Shown here in pieces: positions 14,408-28,494 of a stretch of DNA of 62,843 nt. Positions within the stretch are counted from its first letter, which is position 1. Every line of letters starts with the position of its first letter. The stretch is from Octopus sinensis. Its lineage: Eukaryota. The stretch covers positions 1 to 62,843 of the forward strand of contig NW_021832009.1 of NCBI RefSeq assembly GCF_006345805.1. The letters are read 5' to 3'. The position numbers and the translations under genes were made by a program. The notes below the pieces were generated by a model that did no database searches, was not told where the DNA came from, and worked only from the letters and a program-made list of their open reading frames with translations.

Positions 14408-14472
14408 CTATCTATCTCTATCTATCTATCTCTATCTATCTATTAATCTATCTATCTATCTATCGATCTATC

Positions 14473-14528
<56 letters not shown>

Positions 14529-14640
14529 GATCTATCTATCTATCTCTAATCTATATATCTCTATCTATCTATGTATCTATCTCTCCTGCTCCATCTATCT
14601 GTGTATCTATGTATATATATATATCTATCTACCTATCTGG
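14306..14640. repeat. (TATC)n tetranucleotide microsatellite
   Basis: Long, partly degenerate TATC array. Similar arrays at about 17578-17690, 33280-33390 and 35965-36165. Confidence 0.95.
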
Positions 14641-14982
14641 ATATCTAGCTGTCTATCAATTGTCGATGCTATAGTATTGTATATATTTACTTAACTTCTT
14701 ACTCATATGTACATCGACTCTATTCAACTTCTCTGTAACTCTCTCTTTCTCTCTCTCTCTATGTATGTATGTGTCTATCTATCTATCTTTCGATTTATCC
14801 ATCTACATAGCTTTATGTATATGCATATATAATGGTAACAGATATCTATATATCTATGTATAAACGTGCGTGTGGATTGTCGGGTGGGAAAATATCTCTT
14901 TCTCTTCCGTTCACGTTAGCAGACTTAGACACATATCAGACATTCGTGTGGTGTGCGTCTCTCTCCCTCTCTCTCTCTATCT

Positions 14983-15095
<113 letters not shown>

Positions 15096-15469
15096 TCAAT
15101 GTATATATACATGCATATATATGTATATATGTTATCATGTGTATTTATAAATATATGAATGTATGTATGTATACATACACATATGCTTACATATATATGT
15201 ATATATGTGTGTGCGTGTGTGCATGTTTGTGTTGTTTTATAAGAATCGTAGATTATATATATTTTTAAATATATGCATATATGTATGTATTCATATACAA
15301 CAGTTAAATTGTTCTTTCGGGTAAAAGCAACTAGTAGCTACTGCGTATAGCGGCTTACGTTTCGACAGCTTTCCACTCGCTCTTAATTCAGATTATAAGA
15401 TATGTTGGCTGCGCAATTCTCGCCAATATACAGGACATGCGCAAGCGCCATTTTTAATCTTCTCTTTTT

Positions 15470-15715
15470 ATACTTTGTCCTTGACTTGCTTCAGTCATTG
15501 GACTGTGGTTACTCTGAGGCAATGCATTTGGCTGAAGAAATCAGTCTTCGACATCCCTTTTTAAAATAATTCTTGTTTTATTTTATCTTACAGTTATTCC
15601 AGCAGACACCCTTGGCGGACTACAAAATTACGGGAAGTAGAGAAATAAAAGTGGTTCACAAAACAGCAAGGTCTCTTAAAAGACGCAATCACAAAGACAT
15701 AGACACACGCACACG

Positions 15716-15757
<42 letters not shown>

Positions 15758-15900
15758 ACACACACACACACACACAGACACACACAGATATATGCGACGG
15801 TAATTTTTCAGTCTACGTGTAACAGGGTTCGAATCAGCTAGCGGCTATTATAGAAAGCACTTGGCCAAGGAGCTACTCATTAGGACTCAACCCAAAGCCA
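15470..15900 (-). mobile_element. Degenerate SINE group A with expanded internal (CA)n
   Basis: ACTTGCTTCAGTCATTGGACTGTGG.. and GCACTTGGCCAAGG remnants flank a (CA)n tract. Confidence 0.5.
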
Positions 15901-16224
15901 TGTGCGTGGTTATTTTTATTCACTTTCGCAAGTCCACTCTGTATTGTTTTCTTTACTCTCGACCCTATATTCTGCGCAACTTTCGCGGGCACCACCAATA
16001 CGGGAAGTTCTTACTCTTATCAGTGAAGGTTGATGCCTGATGAAGAATTAGGGAACTTCTATGTCTATCTCTCGTCTGGTTGTACACAGAGTACACGTTG
16101 TATGTGTTTTTCCGCCGTCGTTGTTTATTCGCCGTAATTTTTATCTCATTTATCAAGTAATAGAACACAACGCATTCAAACATATGCATATATATAAATA
16201 TGTAAATATGTATATCTACATATG

Positions 16225-16625
16225 CTCTCTTTTACTTGTTTCAGTCATTTGACTGTGACCATGCTGAAGCACCACCTTTAGTCGAGGAAATCGACCCTAG
16301 GACATATTTTTTGTAAGCCTAGTACTTATTCTATCGGACTCTTCTGCCGAACCGCTCCGTTACGGGGACGTAAATACACAAGCATCGGTTTTCAAGCGAT
16401 GTTGACGGGGAGACAAATACAGACACACAAACACACACATATATATGCATATACATAAATACGACGGGTTTCTTTCAGTTTCCGTCTACCAAATCCATTC
16501 ATAACGCTTTGGTCGGCCCTGAGGTTTTAGTAAAAGACACTTGCCCAACATGCCACGCAGTGGAACTGAACCCATAACCACGTGGTTGGCAAGCAAGGTA
16601 CTTACCACACAGCTACTCCTGCGCC
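16225..16625 (-). mobile_element. tRNA-derived SINE group A, full length
   Basis: Reverse complement of GGCGCAGGAGTAGCTGTGTGGTAAG..GGTTCAGTTCC..TTGGGCAAGTGTCTT..ATGACTGAAACAAGTAAAAGAG. Confidence 0.9.
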
Positions 16626-16943
16626 TATATACATGCATATATATATATATATATATATATAAAGTGAGATAGGGGTTATGATTGTAACCCACTGTGGGAT
16701 ATCAGTTATCCAATATACTGCTGGTGAAGCACCCAAATGGCAAATACATAAATGCTTATAATTGCAATGCAATTAATTCATTTATTGTATTAGATGGGCG
16801 AAGGTAAAATATTTAACCTAAAATTCATAATACAAATAAGAAAATGGAAGAACAGATTCATTTCAATATGAATCGGTAATATCTGTAAGTCGATGATTGA
16901 AACGAATCTGTTCCTCCATTTTCTTATTTGTATATATATATAA

Positions 16944-16983
<40 letters not shown>

Positions 16984-17582
16984 CACATTCAGCATATACA
17001 ACGCTTTGGCGCGTATTCGCCACTATATACAAAACTAAGAAGTAACATCTATGTGCCATCGCTAAATTTATGCACAAGACAAGGCACATCATTTAACAGG
17101 CACAAAGTTTGACACTGACAGGATTATTACTTAGCAGCCATCTATAATTTTTCCCAATGTCCACTGTCTTCAAATTATACGTCTGTACATGGAGAGATTC
17201 ACAAGGAATTGATTTTAAACGGCTATAAAACTCAGCTAAAATTTCTATTGGGATAATCTGTAACAAAAGACAAAATAGAGTTGTATTCATTACCCTATGA
17301 CTATCATACTATTTATATGCCCCACAGTTTTTCTCTTTGTCATATATGTATGCTGTCCTCTTATTTATCAACCGATACCATCTCTTGTTTCTCTCTATTT
17401 TTCAATCATGGCTTATTCACACATCATCGTGTCATTACTAAATATCTCAAGTCCGTTTTCTATAGTTCTCTGTATGTCTGTTGGGATGTTCCTTAAACAT
17501 TCTCTTACTATCTGTTATTCTCCGTTCACACTCTCTTTCGCTTTCTGTCCCTCTTACATGTTTGTACATATATCTGAATCTA

Positions 17583-17660
<78 letters not shown>

Positions 17661-17762
17661 ACTATCTATCTATCTATTTATCTATCTATCAATCTATCTC
17701 TCTCTCTGCCTCTCTCTCTCTGCCTCTCTCTCTCTCTGCCTCTCTCTCTCTCTCTCTCTGTG

Positions 17763-17801
<39 letters not shown>

Positions 17802-19419
17802 TATATATATATATATATACACACACATGTGTGCGTATATGTGCGTCCTTTTCTATATGCATTTTCTAATTAACATCTCTCTCTCTCTCTGCCTCTGATT
17901 CTCACACATATTTTTGTCATCTATTTCTATTAACTACGATACTTGTCTCCTTTATTTTATCGCTTTTTTCTAACTCCACGTTTCATTCGTTGACAACAAT
18001 ATTATATCAACAAAACAACATGCAAGCGAAAAATAAACATTTGAATTACAAAACTTATGTATCAAAATAACACTAAATAACTTTCCCAATACAGAGTCGG
18101 GTTCTCCTTCCCTATTTTTAAGTGCTTTGCTCTCCCGTATATAACTTTCACTCACTATTCTGTATTTTGCTGATCGTTCCATTCTTCTCTACGCATGTCT
18201 TTGTATCTCCTCTCTCTCCCTCTTCGTATCTCTCTGCCATTTTCTCACGTGATTGACACATTTCCAGCAGCCTGAGTACTGCCAAATTTTATGAGCATCT
18301 TTCTATTATACAAACCACTAACATAAACTAGGCTTCTCTCCCCCCCTCTCTCTATCTCTCTCTCTCTCACACACACAAACACACATGCCAACACACACAC
18401 ACACGAACATAGGCTCATATGCATCGACATAACACGTATTCGCAAAATCTGGAGTTAGAATAGTGTTCTATTCTGAAATCTAGAGCCCTGCAACTCCATT
18501 TTCTCATCAACAGCAATAATAAGACGAATATACACGCATCCATGTATGCGTATATATGTATATCTCATTCCCTGTCTCTCTCCATATATATATACATGTG
18601 TGTGTGTGTGTGTAACATGCGACAACAAAACATCTGGACAGTTAGACGATGCAAAAAAGGACAGGAAAATACAAAAACGGGTCATTTGGAGTTTTCTATT
18701 TTCAGTCGAGTACCATATCGTCGTTGCAGTTTCTGTCGATTACACGGGAGACATCTCTAATCTGGCCGGTCCCAAGAAAATCTAAGCTAAGAGAACTAGA
18801 TTGTTTGGAAGCAAGCAAACGAATGTATACGAAAACAAGGACGAAAAAAAAACGGAGAAATAGTACAGTTACAAATACAAACATCAGGACATTAACAACA
18901 GGTGCCTTTCGACTAAGGGCGAATTGCATTAAGCTGGCGTGTAAGGGCAAAAGAAAAAAAAATTCCTATACCAATATGCTTTAAAATAGACTTTAGATCG
19001 TCTAACCACATGCAATATTCCTCGCTATAAATACACTGTGTGATGAAACGAGGAAAGCAAGCTCACACAATTTTTTTAATATTCGTTATTCCCAAATCGA
19101 ACCGATTTCTGGATTAATCCACAAGGATTCTTCCTTCTTCAGCGAGAAACACGGTTAGAATAAATAGAACGTTTACATATACCTACGGAACAAGCAGAAG
19201 CAAAGTCATGTGTACATTTAAGTGCCCCAAATATATCTAAACAGAAATTCTGTAGCAAGCCTCAACACACGTGTAGACGGTATATCCTGTGATACAGCTA
19301 ATACAAACTGACCAACAGTCATGACTGTTACTACAGATATGTAAATGTTATGTCTACATAATGCTAATTCTTATTTCTTTACTCCACTTCCTCGCTTCAC
19401 TAACGTAATCTGACTCAAT

Positions 19420-19835
19420 AATGACGATAATGAAGATGATGACGACGATGATGGTGGTGGTGGTTGTGGTGTGGTGGTGACGACGATGATGACGACGACG
19501 ACGATGATGATGATGATGAGGAGGAGGAGGGGGATGATGATGATGAAAATGATGATGATCATAATGATAATGATGATAATGACGATGACGATAACGGTGA
19601 TGGTGATCGTGGTGGTGGTGGTGGTGGTGGTGTTGGTGGTGGTGGTGGTGGTGGTGGTGGTGATCGTGGTGATAATGATGAAGATGAATACGATAACAGT
19701 AAGAAGAACAGCAACAAGAACACGAGCAAAAACAATGACAAGAAGAAAAAGTGGAAGAAGAAGAAGAATAACAACAACAACAACAGTAACAAGAAGAAAG
19801 AGGAGGAGAGGTGGAGGGAGAGGAGGAGGACGTAA
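19420..19835. repeat. Compound trinucleotide microsatellite (GAT/GAC/GGT/AAC/AAG)
   Basis: Successive runs are directly visible. Confidence 0.9.
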
Positions 19836-20298
19836 ATAAGAATAATATGAGATTTATCGTTTTATCAGAGTTGCATGTTAGTTTTATAAAACTCTTAATT
19901 TAATTTGTTGTTCTTGTATTTTTATCATTAATTTCCATTCATCAGGTGGATCAATTCAAATATTTAAGTAGTTATATTCCAGAAAGCAAAGAATAATTTT
20001 TTAATCTGAAGGAAGGACTGATGTAGACTAGAACAAATAAAATAGACAAAATATGGAGGTCTAACATGGAAAGAAAACCAAGACTCAGATCTTAAAAGGT
20101 ATGTGTACAAAGTTTTCTGCCATATAACCCAAGAACATGGACCTTAACCTGAAACCTTAGAGTAAATATTGATAATTTATATACAAAGCTATTGAGAAAG
20201 AATTTTTAACATTACCTGTTGAGATTATATAACCTGGAGAGATTTTATAAACTGTTGCGGCAGTCAGCCTCCATTCGGCAGAAAAGATTACGGGAAAA

Positions 20299-20930
20299 GG
20301 CAGTGAGCTGGCAGAAACATTAGCACGCCGGGCGAAATGCTTACCGGTATTTCGTCTGTCTTTACGTTCTGAGTTCAAATTCCGCAGAGGTCAACTTTAC
20401 CTTTCATCCTTTCGGGGTCGATAAATTAAGTACGAGTTATACAATGGGGTCGCTGTAACCGACTTAATCCGTTTGTCTGTACTTGTTTGTCCCCTCTGTG
20501 TTTAGCCCCTTGTGTGTAGTAAAGAAATAGGTATTTTGTCTGCCGCTACGTTCTGAGTTCAAATTCCACCGAGGTCGACTTTGCCTTTCATCCTTTCGGG
20601 GTCGATTAAATAAGTACCAGTTACGCACTGGGGTCGATGTAATCGACTTAATACCTACGTCTGTCCTTGTTTGTCCCCACTATGTTTAGCCCCTTGTGGT
20701 TAATAAAGAAATAAGTATTTCGTCTACCTTAACATTCTGAGTTCAAATTCCGCCGAGGTCGACTTTGCCTTTCATCCATTCGGGTCGATAAATTAAGTAC
20801 CAGTTACGCACTGGGGTCTATATAATCGAGTTAATCCGTCTGCCTGTCCTTGTTTGTCCTCTCTATGTTTAGCCCCTTGTGGGTAGTAAAGAAATAGGTA
20901 TTTCGTCAGTCGTTAAGCTCTGAGTTCAAT
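20299..20930 (+). mobile_element. tRNA-derived SINE group B with internal ~183-bp tandem amplification
   Basis: One head, then units starting at about 20347, 20530, 20714 and a partial one at 20897. The full units carry GAGTTCAAATTCC and GCCTTTCATCCTTTCGGGGTCGATAAATTAAGTACCAG, which resembles the Meta-SINE central domain. Confidence 0.9.
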
Positions 20931-21682
20931 TAAAGGTATATATACATTCACACACGAGTGTGTATGCCCATGCATGTATGCATGTATTTACATGGAAGTG
21001 TTTACATGGAAATCACAGAGACGTTAGTGTTGTAGTTAGGGCTCATAACGGCGCAGCTTGTATTAAATTATTTAGTATTTTCTCCCTTCATAGTATACCA
21101 AAGATGTATAATCGAATTTTTAAGTCGTACAATATTTGTCTTCAAAAGTCGCGATGCTGCTTGTTTGTATATTTTTGGTTCTTTTGTTACTTCTCTGATC
21201 ACTGTTAAAATGCTTTATCATTTGTGACGTAGGCGTCTTAATTTTATTTAGAAGGATTAACACGTGGTGGTGTTCCTTATCTTACTTCGTATATAAGGTA
21301 TATGCTGTTATACTTATCATCAGTTATAATTCCACATTTTGCTGTACTAAATTGGCAGATTTAATTCTACATTTCTCATGATATTCAAGTCATGATCATC
21401 AACAAACACATTTTGTGTAACACATAGTAATTAGTCTTCTTAGATAATGAGTTCGAAGTTCATTCGACTGGTTATGATAATCAAACAGCATCACTGGTCG
21501 CGTTTTCCTTTCTCTCTTCCTATAAAGATATTGAATGACATTTCTCATGGCACCAGCAGCTAAAATGGAAAAGGCGTTGCCCCGAGGGAGGACGAGGTAG
21601 ATGCTCTGGAACAGACACTCTGGCTCACAGGGCTGGCGCTTGCGGAGAGCAGTTTGTGCGACGATAGAAGTTTGTAGGGTAT

Positions 21683-22110
21683 GGCCCGGTGGGATATGGG
21701 ACTAGTAGGGATATGGGTCCAGTAGGGATGTTGACTCAGTAGGGATATGGGCTCCGTAGAGATGTGGGCTCATTAGGGATAAGGGCCCAGTAGGGATTTG
21801 GGCCCAGTAGGGATTTGGGCCCAGTAGGGATGTGGATCTAGTAGGGATATGGGCCCAGTAGGGGTGTGGGCCCAGTAGGGATATATGGACCCAGTAGAGA
21901 TATGGGTCAAGTAAGGATATGGGACAAGTAGGGATGTAGGCTCATTAGGAATATGGTCCCAATAGGGATATGGTCCCAGTAGGGATAAGGGCCCAGCAGG
22001 GATGTGGGTCCAGTAGGGATATGGGGCGCAGTAAGGATGTGGGTCTAGTAGGATATGGACCCAGTAGAGATGTGTGCTCAGTTGGGATGTGGGCCCAGTA
22101 GGGATATGGC
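21683..22110. repeat. 17-bp GC-rich minisatellite (GGGATATGGGCCCAGTA)n, about 25 copies
   Basis: Head-to-tail diverged copies with no spacers. Confidence 0.95.
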
Positions 22111-22299
22111 GCGCCGATAGAGGTGAGTAGAGTTATGACTTACCTGTCAAGAACGATTCTTTATAATGCTTTAAAAGTTGCCTTAAGAATTGATGCTGAT
22201 CATAATGATGTGTAGCCTGTAGTTTAGTTCCATGTTAAACTCAACCCAGAAGTCTTTTGATCAAATGTGTTGTTTTCTTTTAGACATATTGCGTATTGT

Positions 22300-22665
22300 A
22301 TCATTTACGTTTTACCAGTTTCAGTCACTGTACAGCGACCATACTGGGGCACCAACCCGAAGAGTTTGCTCGAATAAATCAACCCCAGTGCGTAATTTTA
22401 AACCCTGGCATTTATTCTGTCGCTGTCTTTTGCCGAACCACTAGATTCATTAGCAAAGAAAGCCCGGCTGTCAGGAGAAGTTAGGAGTGGACCCAAGCTC
22501 AAAGACACACACATACACACTCACTCACACACTCACACACTCATTGTATATGACTGGTTTCCTTCAGGCTATATTGTAAGGGAGACCTGCTGTAGGTGCC
22601 ATGCAGTGCGATTGAATTCGAAACCATGTAGTTGGTAAGCAATCTTCTAATCACACTGTTACGTG
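22300..22665 (-). mobile_element. Degenerate SINE group A
   Basis: TTTTACCAGTTTCAGTCA..TTTTGCCGAACCACTA..GTGCCATGCAGTG..AACCATGTAGTTGGTAAGCAA. Confidence 0.65.
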
Positions 22666-23266
22666 TCTCCTTTTTATTTTATCGTATCGCTTAATCGCGG
22701 AAGGAACGGATGTTTCTAGAGTGCCTTTGAGCCTATGGAAGAAGTTAACCCCAGACTAAGAGTAAGGACACACCATCACCTTTCAAGCATCGTGGGTGGG
22801 TGGGGAGTCATCGCTGCTCAAGTAGCAAGATATTCCGGATTTTACTAGCCGCTTTTGTTTTCAGATGTAACGAAATCTAGATTCACGAAAACGATATTTT
22901 CTGTTTAGGACAGTGAAACATAATTTAGAGGAAGCTGACTGTTATTTCTAGCACACTGATTGACCCTGAACATGTTTCTTTAGTAGCTCGTTTCCAACCG
23001 CGTTAGCTCTCAGTAATCGTATTGAAGCTGTATCAAGTTTTGTTTGTTAACTTTGATCACAGTTAGTTCGCGTGGACCCACTGCAGCTCGCTTTGATCCT
23101 TGTTATTTCGAAATCCTATCAGTGCCAATTCAATTAGCAATGAACGCCGCATATGTTAATTTTAATTATAGATACAAATCAATAAATATTGCTATATGTC
23201 TTCAGGATTTCCAATGAGTACACTGTAAAATAATTTGTCTTTTTAACTTTTTATACGCGATGTTGT

Positions 23267-23314
<48 letters not shown>

Positions 23315-23315
23315 A

Positions 23316-23359
<44 letters not shown>

Positions 23360-23827
23360 ACTCAAGTTTCATACTGGCATTCATTTCAGAATTGTGGATG
23401 GCAGAATCATTTGAGTGGCGGACAAGTTGTCTTAAGCTTAGTCTCCTAGCGCTACAATTTCCAACTTCTACACAGATCCTTCTAGCCTTGTGGACAGGTT
23501 GGAAGTTCAGAGATCAATAAAATTATAAAATTTCTACTAAATGTCATAATAATTGTCTTCAGGTTCCACCAAAGCATTCAGCTCAGTATTATTTTATTCA
23601 GTTTTTTAATAATTTTTTTTTATTGCTAATATCATTTTATAATCGACTTACTTCTATGATGCCAACCAGAAACAGGCACCATTCTCTGACCCAGGCATAT
23701 ATTATTAGCCACTGTGATAAAACAAATCACAGACTTGGTGGTGGCTTTCACAGAATCCATTATAGAACGACCTCATTCCAATCAGTGATGTGATTTAGCT
23801 TTGGATGCGATATAAGTTAACAATATA

Positions 23828-23980
23828 GGCGTAGGAGTGTGTGTGTGATAAGTAGCTTGCTTACGAACTACATGGTTCCGGGTCCAATACCACCGCGTGG
23901 CACTTTGGACAAGTGTCTCCTACTATAGCCTCGGGCCGACCAAAGCCTTGTGAATGAATTTCGTAGACGGAAACTGAAAG

Positions 23981-24046
<66 letters not shown>

Positions 24047-24272
24047 GTGTGTGTGTGTACGTTTGTGTGACTGTGTTTGTCTCTCCAACATCGCATGACA
24101 GCCGATGCTGGTGTGTTTACGTCCCCGTAATATAGCGGTTCGGCAAAAGAGACCGATAGAATAAGTACCAGGCTTAGAAAGGATAAGCCCTGGGTTCGAT
24201 TTGCTCGTCTAAAGGCGGTGCTCCTGCATGGCCACAGTCAAATGACTGAAACAAGTAATAATAAAAAGAGTA
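23828..24272 (+). mobile_element. tRNA-derived SINE group A, full length
   Basis: GGCGTAGGAGTG..GGTTCCGGGTCCAATACC..internal (CA)/(TA)..ATGACTGAAACAAGTAA. Confidence 0.9.
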
Positions 24273-25121
24273 ATAACATATTGTTTGAAGTAATTATACC
24301 ACGCGAAGGTCGGTCGTTATTAGCAAGTCATTCATTGTAGGTCTCTTTGCTCAAAATCCGCCAAGAGTTACAACCTACTAACAGCAACAACAACAATAAC
24401 AACAACAACAACAACAACAACAAAGAAGTTGATTGTGTCGATTTTTAAAATTCTAAACAAATTTCCCATCTTCCAGTATCAGTTGAAGAATGGAATGTTT
24501 AGCATTAATTTGTATGCATAATTGTCTCTTTTAATGAACAAGGGTTAGCATTTTTAAAGGAAGATGGAAAATCGATATAATTCTACGTAACTAGTACTTT
24601 ATTTAATCTACCCATAAATATGAAACGCTAATTTGGTCTGGGCGGGATTGGAACTCACAAACAATGAGCCGGAACAAATACTGGAAGACGCTTTTTTTCG
24701 ACGCTCAAACAACACTGCTAGATTATCACCTTACTTTGTATAATCGTAAACACACACATTCACTCTTATTTCAATTTGAACGTTGTAACAGAGGCAGTGG
24801 AACACCGGATTCAATAGCTGTTAAAATTCAAAATCCTGATGCTTTCAACTTAATGTTTTGTGTCCACATCTTATCAATATCAGAAATATAATATATATAG
24901 TATTTTTCAGTCAATGATCCCCTCATCAGTGAATAAATTGAATCATTAGAGCGACAGACAATATGTCTTACTCTAATATATGTTCAGGGCATACACAGTT
25001 TATGTTCTAATGATCCGGCACTTTTGAAACCGGCTCTATTAATGTCCATTAAACGAAACGTATTTTGCAAAACGATGCTTGGAAACCTTCTTACGAAACC
25101 TTATCTGCATTATCTCTTCCC

Positions 25122-25524
25122 TACTCTTTACTCTTTTACTTGTTTCAGTCATTTGACTGCGGCCATGCTGGAGCACCGCCTTTACTCGAGCAACTCAACC
25201 CCGGGACTTATTTTTTTGTAAGCCCAGTACTTATTCTATCGGTCTCTTTTGCCGAACCGCTAAGTAACGGGGACATAAACACACAAGCATCGGTTGTCAA
25301 GCAATGCTAGGGGGACAAACACAAATACACAAACACACACACATATATATATACATATATACGAAGGGCTTCTTTCAGTTTCCGTCTACCAAATCCACTC
25401 ACAAGGCTTTGGTCGGCCCGAGGCTATAGTAGAAGACACTTTCCCAAGGTTCCACGCAGTGGGACTGAACCCGGAACCATGTGGTTGGTATACAAGCTAC
25501 TTACCACACAGCCACTCCTGCGCC
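25122..25524 (-). mobile_element. tRNA-derived SINE group A, full length
   Basis: Near-identical to the reverse complement of 50967-51392, including the (AAAGAGT)n tail. Confidence 0.92.
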
Positions 25525-25914
25525 TCTTCTATTCATCTTCGTTCAAGTTTTGGCGAGACATAGATATATATATATTTGGAATACGAAAGCACTGCAATCC
25601 TTACAAGGACTTCAGTAGCATTTACCGTTTTCATGGAGGTTTTCGTCGCATGGCACTGGCCAGGTTCCAATAATGGCACATATAAAATGCTGTAGATATA
25701 ATTGTATGCGTAAAATCATTTTAACATGTTTTTCAAGGAGAAAATTTTACTTCCTTACAATTCCAGCAGAATATTCTACTGAGATTATATATTATTAGCT
25801 CTCTCGCTTTTGCGCATGTGCAGTAACTTGGCCAACGGCGTAATGCCAGGTCGATGTTATTGCATGCTATCAGTTGAAAGCGATATTATCGGTTAAACAG
25901 TGAGTAAAGCAAAT

Positions 25915-26064
25915 TATTATTATTATTATTATTGTTATTGTTATTGTTGTTGTTGTTGTTGTGGCTGTTGTAATTATTTGATAATATTATTTAATAAGAT
26001 GAAGAAGGAGTAGGAGAAAATACCAAAAACAATGTTAATATTAATAACATTAATACTAAAAAAA

Positions 26065-26151
<87 letters not shown>

Positions 26152-26489
26152 GGTGGTGGTGGTGGTGGTATACAGATGATAGCGAGAGTAAGGACGATAA
26201 TGATGACAACGATAATGATTATGCCGATGATGATGATGATGATGAAAATGATGATGAGGAGGAATATCACCTGCAGCACCAGAAACGACATCCAAAGACA
26301 ACAACAATATCATCATCATTATCAACAACAACAACGATATTAGTACTACTACTACTAATGATGATGATGATGATGATAAATAACAATAATAATCATGATA
26401 ATAATAATAATACTAATAATAATAACAATAATAATAATAATATTCATAATAATAATAACAATAATAATAATATAAATAATAATAATAAC

Positions 26490-26541
<52 letters not shown>

Positions 26542-26593
26542 TAATAATAATAATAATAACGATAATAATAATATAAATAATAATAATAATAAC

Positions 26594-26625
<32 letters not shown>

Positions 26626-26650
26626 TAATAATAATAATAATAATAATAAG
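25915..26650. repeat. Compound trinucleotide microsatellite (TAT/TGT/CAG/TAG/TGG/GAT/AAT)
   Basis: Directly visible runs. Confidence 0.9.
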
Positions 26651-26987
26651 CAAACAAACAAACAGAAACATTTCGACAGCACTTCAAATCACGTGTGAAA
26701 TACACGAAACTTAAACACTCAGAGGCATTTCAAAAACGAGAACCACATTTTACCAGATTCATCTCCCTTAAAAACAAACAAAAATAATGATTTAAAAAAA
26801 AATTACTCATATAAAGCAAGATTTTAATTTTGCCAACGGAAATGCTCCTTATAAATATCTTTACATATTGGTTCTGTCAATCATATATTATTACTCTTGT
26901 GTAAATTGTTTCTTCTAGATTATAAATTCTTCAGAATTTAATTTTGCATTTTTAATCTCATCAAAAATGTAAGATACGAATTTATTC

Positions 26988-27028
<41 letters not shown>

Positions 27029-27208
27029 CATGCAACTATGTATGCATGTGCGCATATATATTTGTATGTCTGTATATATATGTATGTATATATGCGTATA
27101 TGCATTAATATATGTACGCATGAATGCATATACATGCATACATACACACATATATACATATAAATGTACATACATATGTGTACAAATATATGCATGCATG
27201 TATGTATA

Positions 27209-27292
<84 letters not shown>

Positions 27293-27397
27293 TAGAATGC
27301 CTGTGTATATAAATGATTAGGCGTACGAGTTTTTGAATGTGAGCATGCTTTAAGGGTGTCTATTAATATGGTAATATATACATATATGCATATATAT

Positions 27398-27449
<52 letters not shown>

Positions 27450-27477
27450 TATATATAAACACACACACACCATAGAA

Positions 27478-27560
<83 letters not shown>

Positions 27561-27904
27561 GTATGTATATGAATTCATCCTGTGGATTTAATTTTTTAAT
27601 CGGATTTATTTTATCTGAGTTTAATAAATTTTATAAGTAATCCCAAACTGCGCAATTGTAGCAGTAATACATGTGCCATATTCTCACACCATCTTCATAA
27701 ATGTTAAAATGTATTTGATTTACATTCACTTCATTTATTTCTCGCATGGATTTTTTGAAATTTATGATTTCAAACAAAGAAAAATATTTTATTTACTTAT
27801 ACCTCTTCTCTGGGTATGTGTGTGTGTCTGGGTACATGCATATTCATATATGTATATACACATGTATATATACATGATTATTTATGCATGAATATATTAT
27901 ATAT

Positions 27905-27958
<54 letters not shown>

Positions 27959-27997
27959 GGTATAGATATAGATATAGATATAGATATAGATATATAT

Positions 27998-28306
27998 ATC
28001 ATCGTGACAATGTGACCTACCAGGCTATTAGACGTTGCTACACATCGCTGATCACAAGTACTTCACATTGTTTAACCTTCATATGACGCCACCCCTCTGG
28101 CTAAGGAGGCAGGCCAACAGAAGAAAGAGTGAGAGAAATTTGTGGCGAAAGAGTACAGCAGGGATCGCCACCATCCCTTGCTGGAGCCTCGCGGAGCTTT
28201 AGGTATCTTCGCTCAATAAACACTAACAACGCCCGGTCTGGGAATCGAAACCGCGATCCTACGACTGCGAGTCCACTGCCCTAACCACTGGGCCATTGCG
28301 CCCTCC
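27998..28306 (-). mobile_element. tRNA-derived SINE group C, tail type 2
   Basis: Head GGCGCAATGGCCCAGTGGTTAGGGCAG..GGTTTCGATTCCC shared with 62185-62568. The sequences diverge after CTCTCACTCTT. Confidence 0.88.
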
Positions 28307-28456
28307 CCACACCCACACCCACACACAAATGCACACACACACACACACACATACACACATATATATATGTATACATATATATTATGTGACATCTCTGTAA
28401 TTACATGAATATGCATGTATGGAAGGACGTATATGTATCTACGCCAACATATCGAC

Positions 28457-28494
<38 letters not shown>

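Noticed and set aside
16037-16060. CTGATGA core-like motif
   Set aside because: Not followed by GAAA-NUH; incomplete fold.
19464-19835. Acidic/Gly/Lys-rich ORF resembling a nucleolar protein
   Set aside because: Entirely compound trinucleotide repeat, open in several frames, with no splice or domain evidence.
21683-22110. CRISPR-like array
   Set aside because: Contiguous 17-bp units without unique spacers, no cas genes, eukaryotic context.
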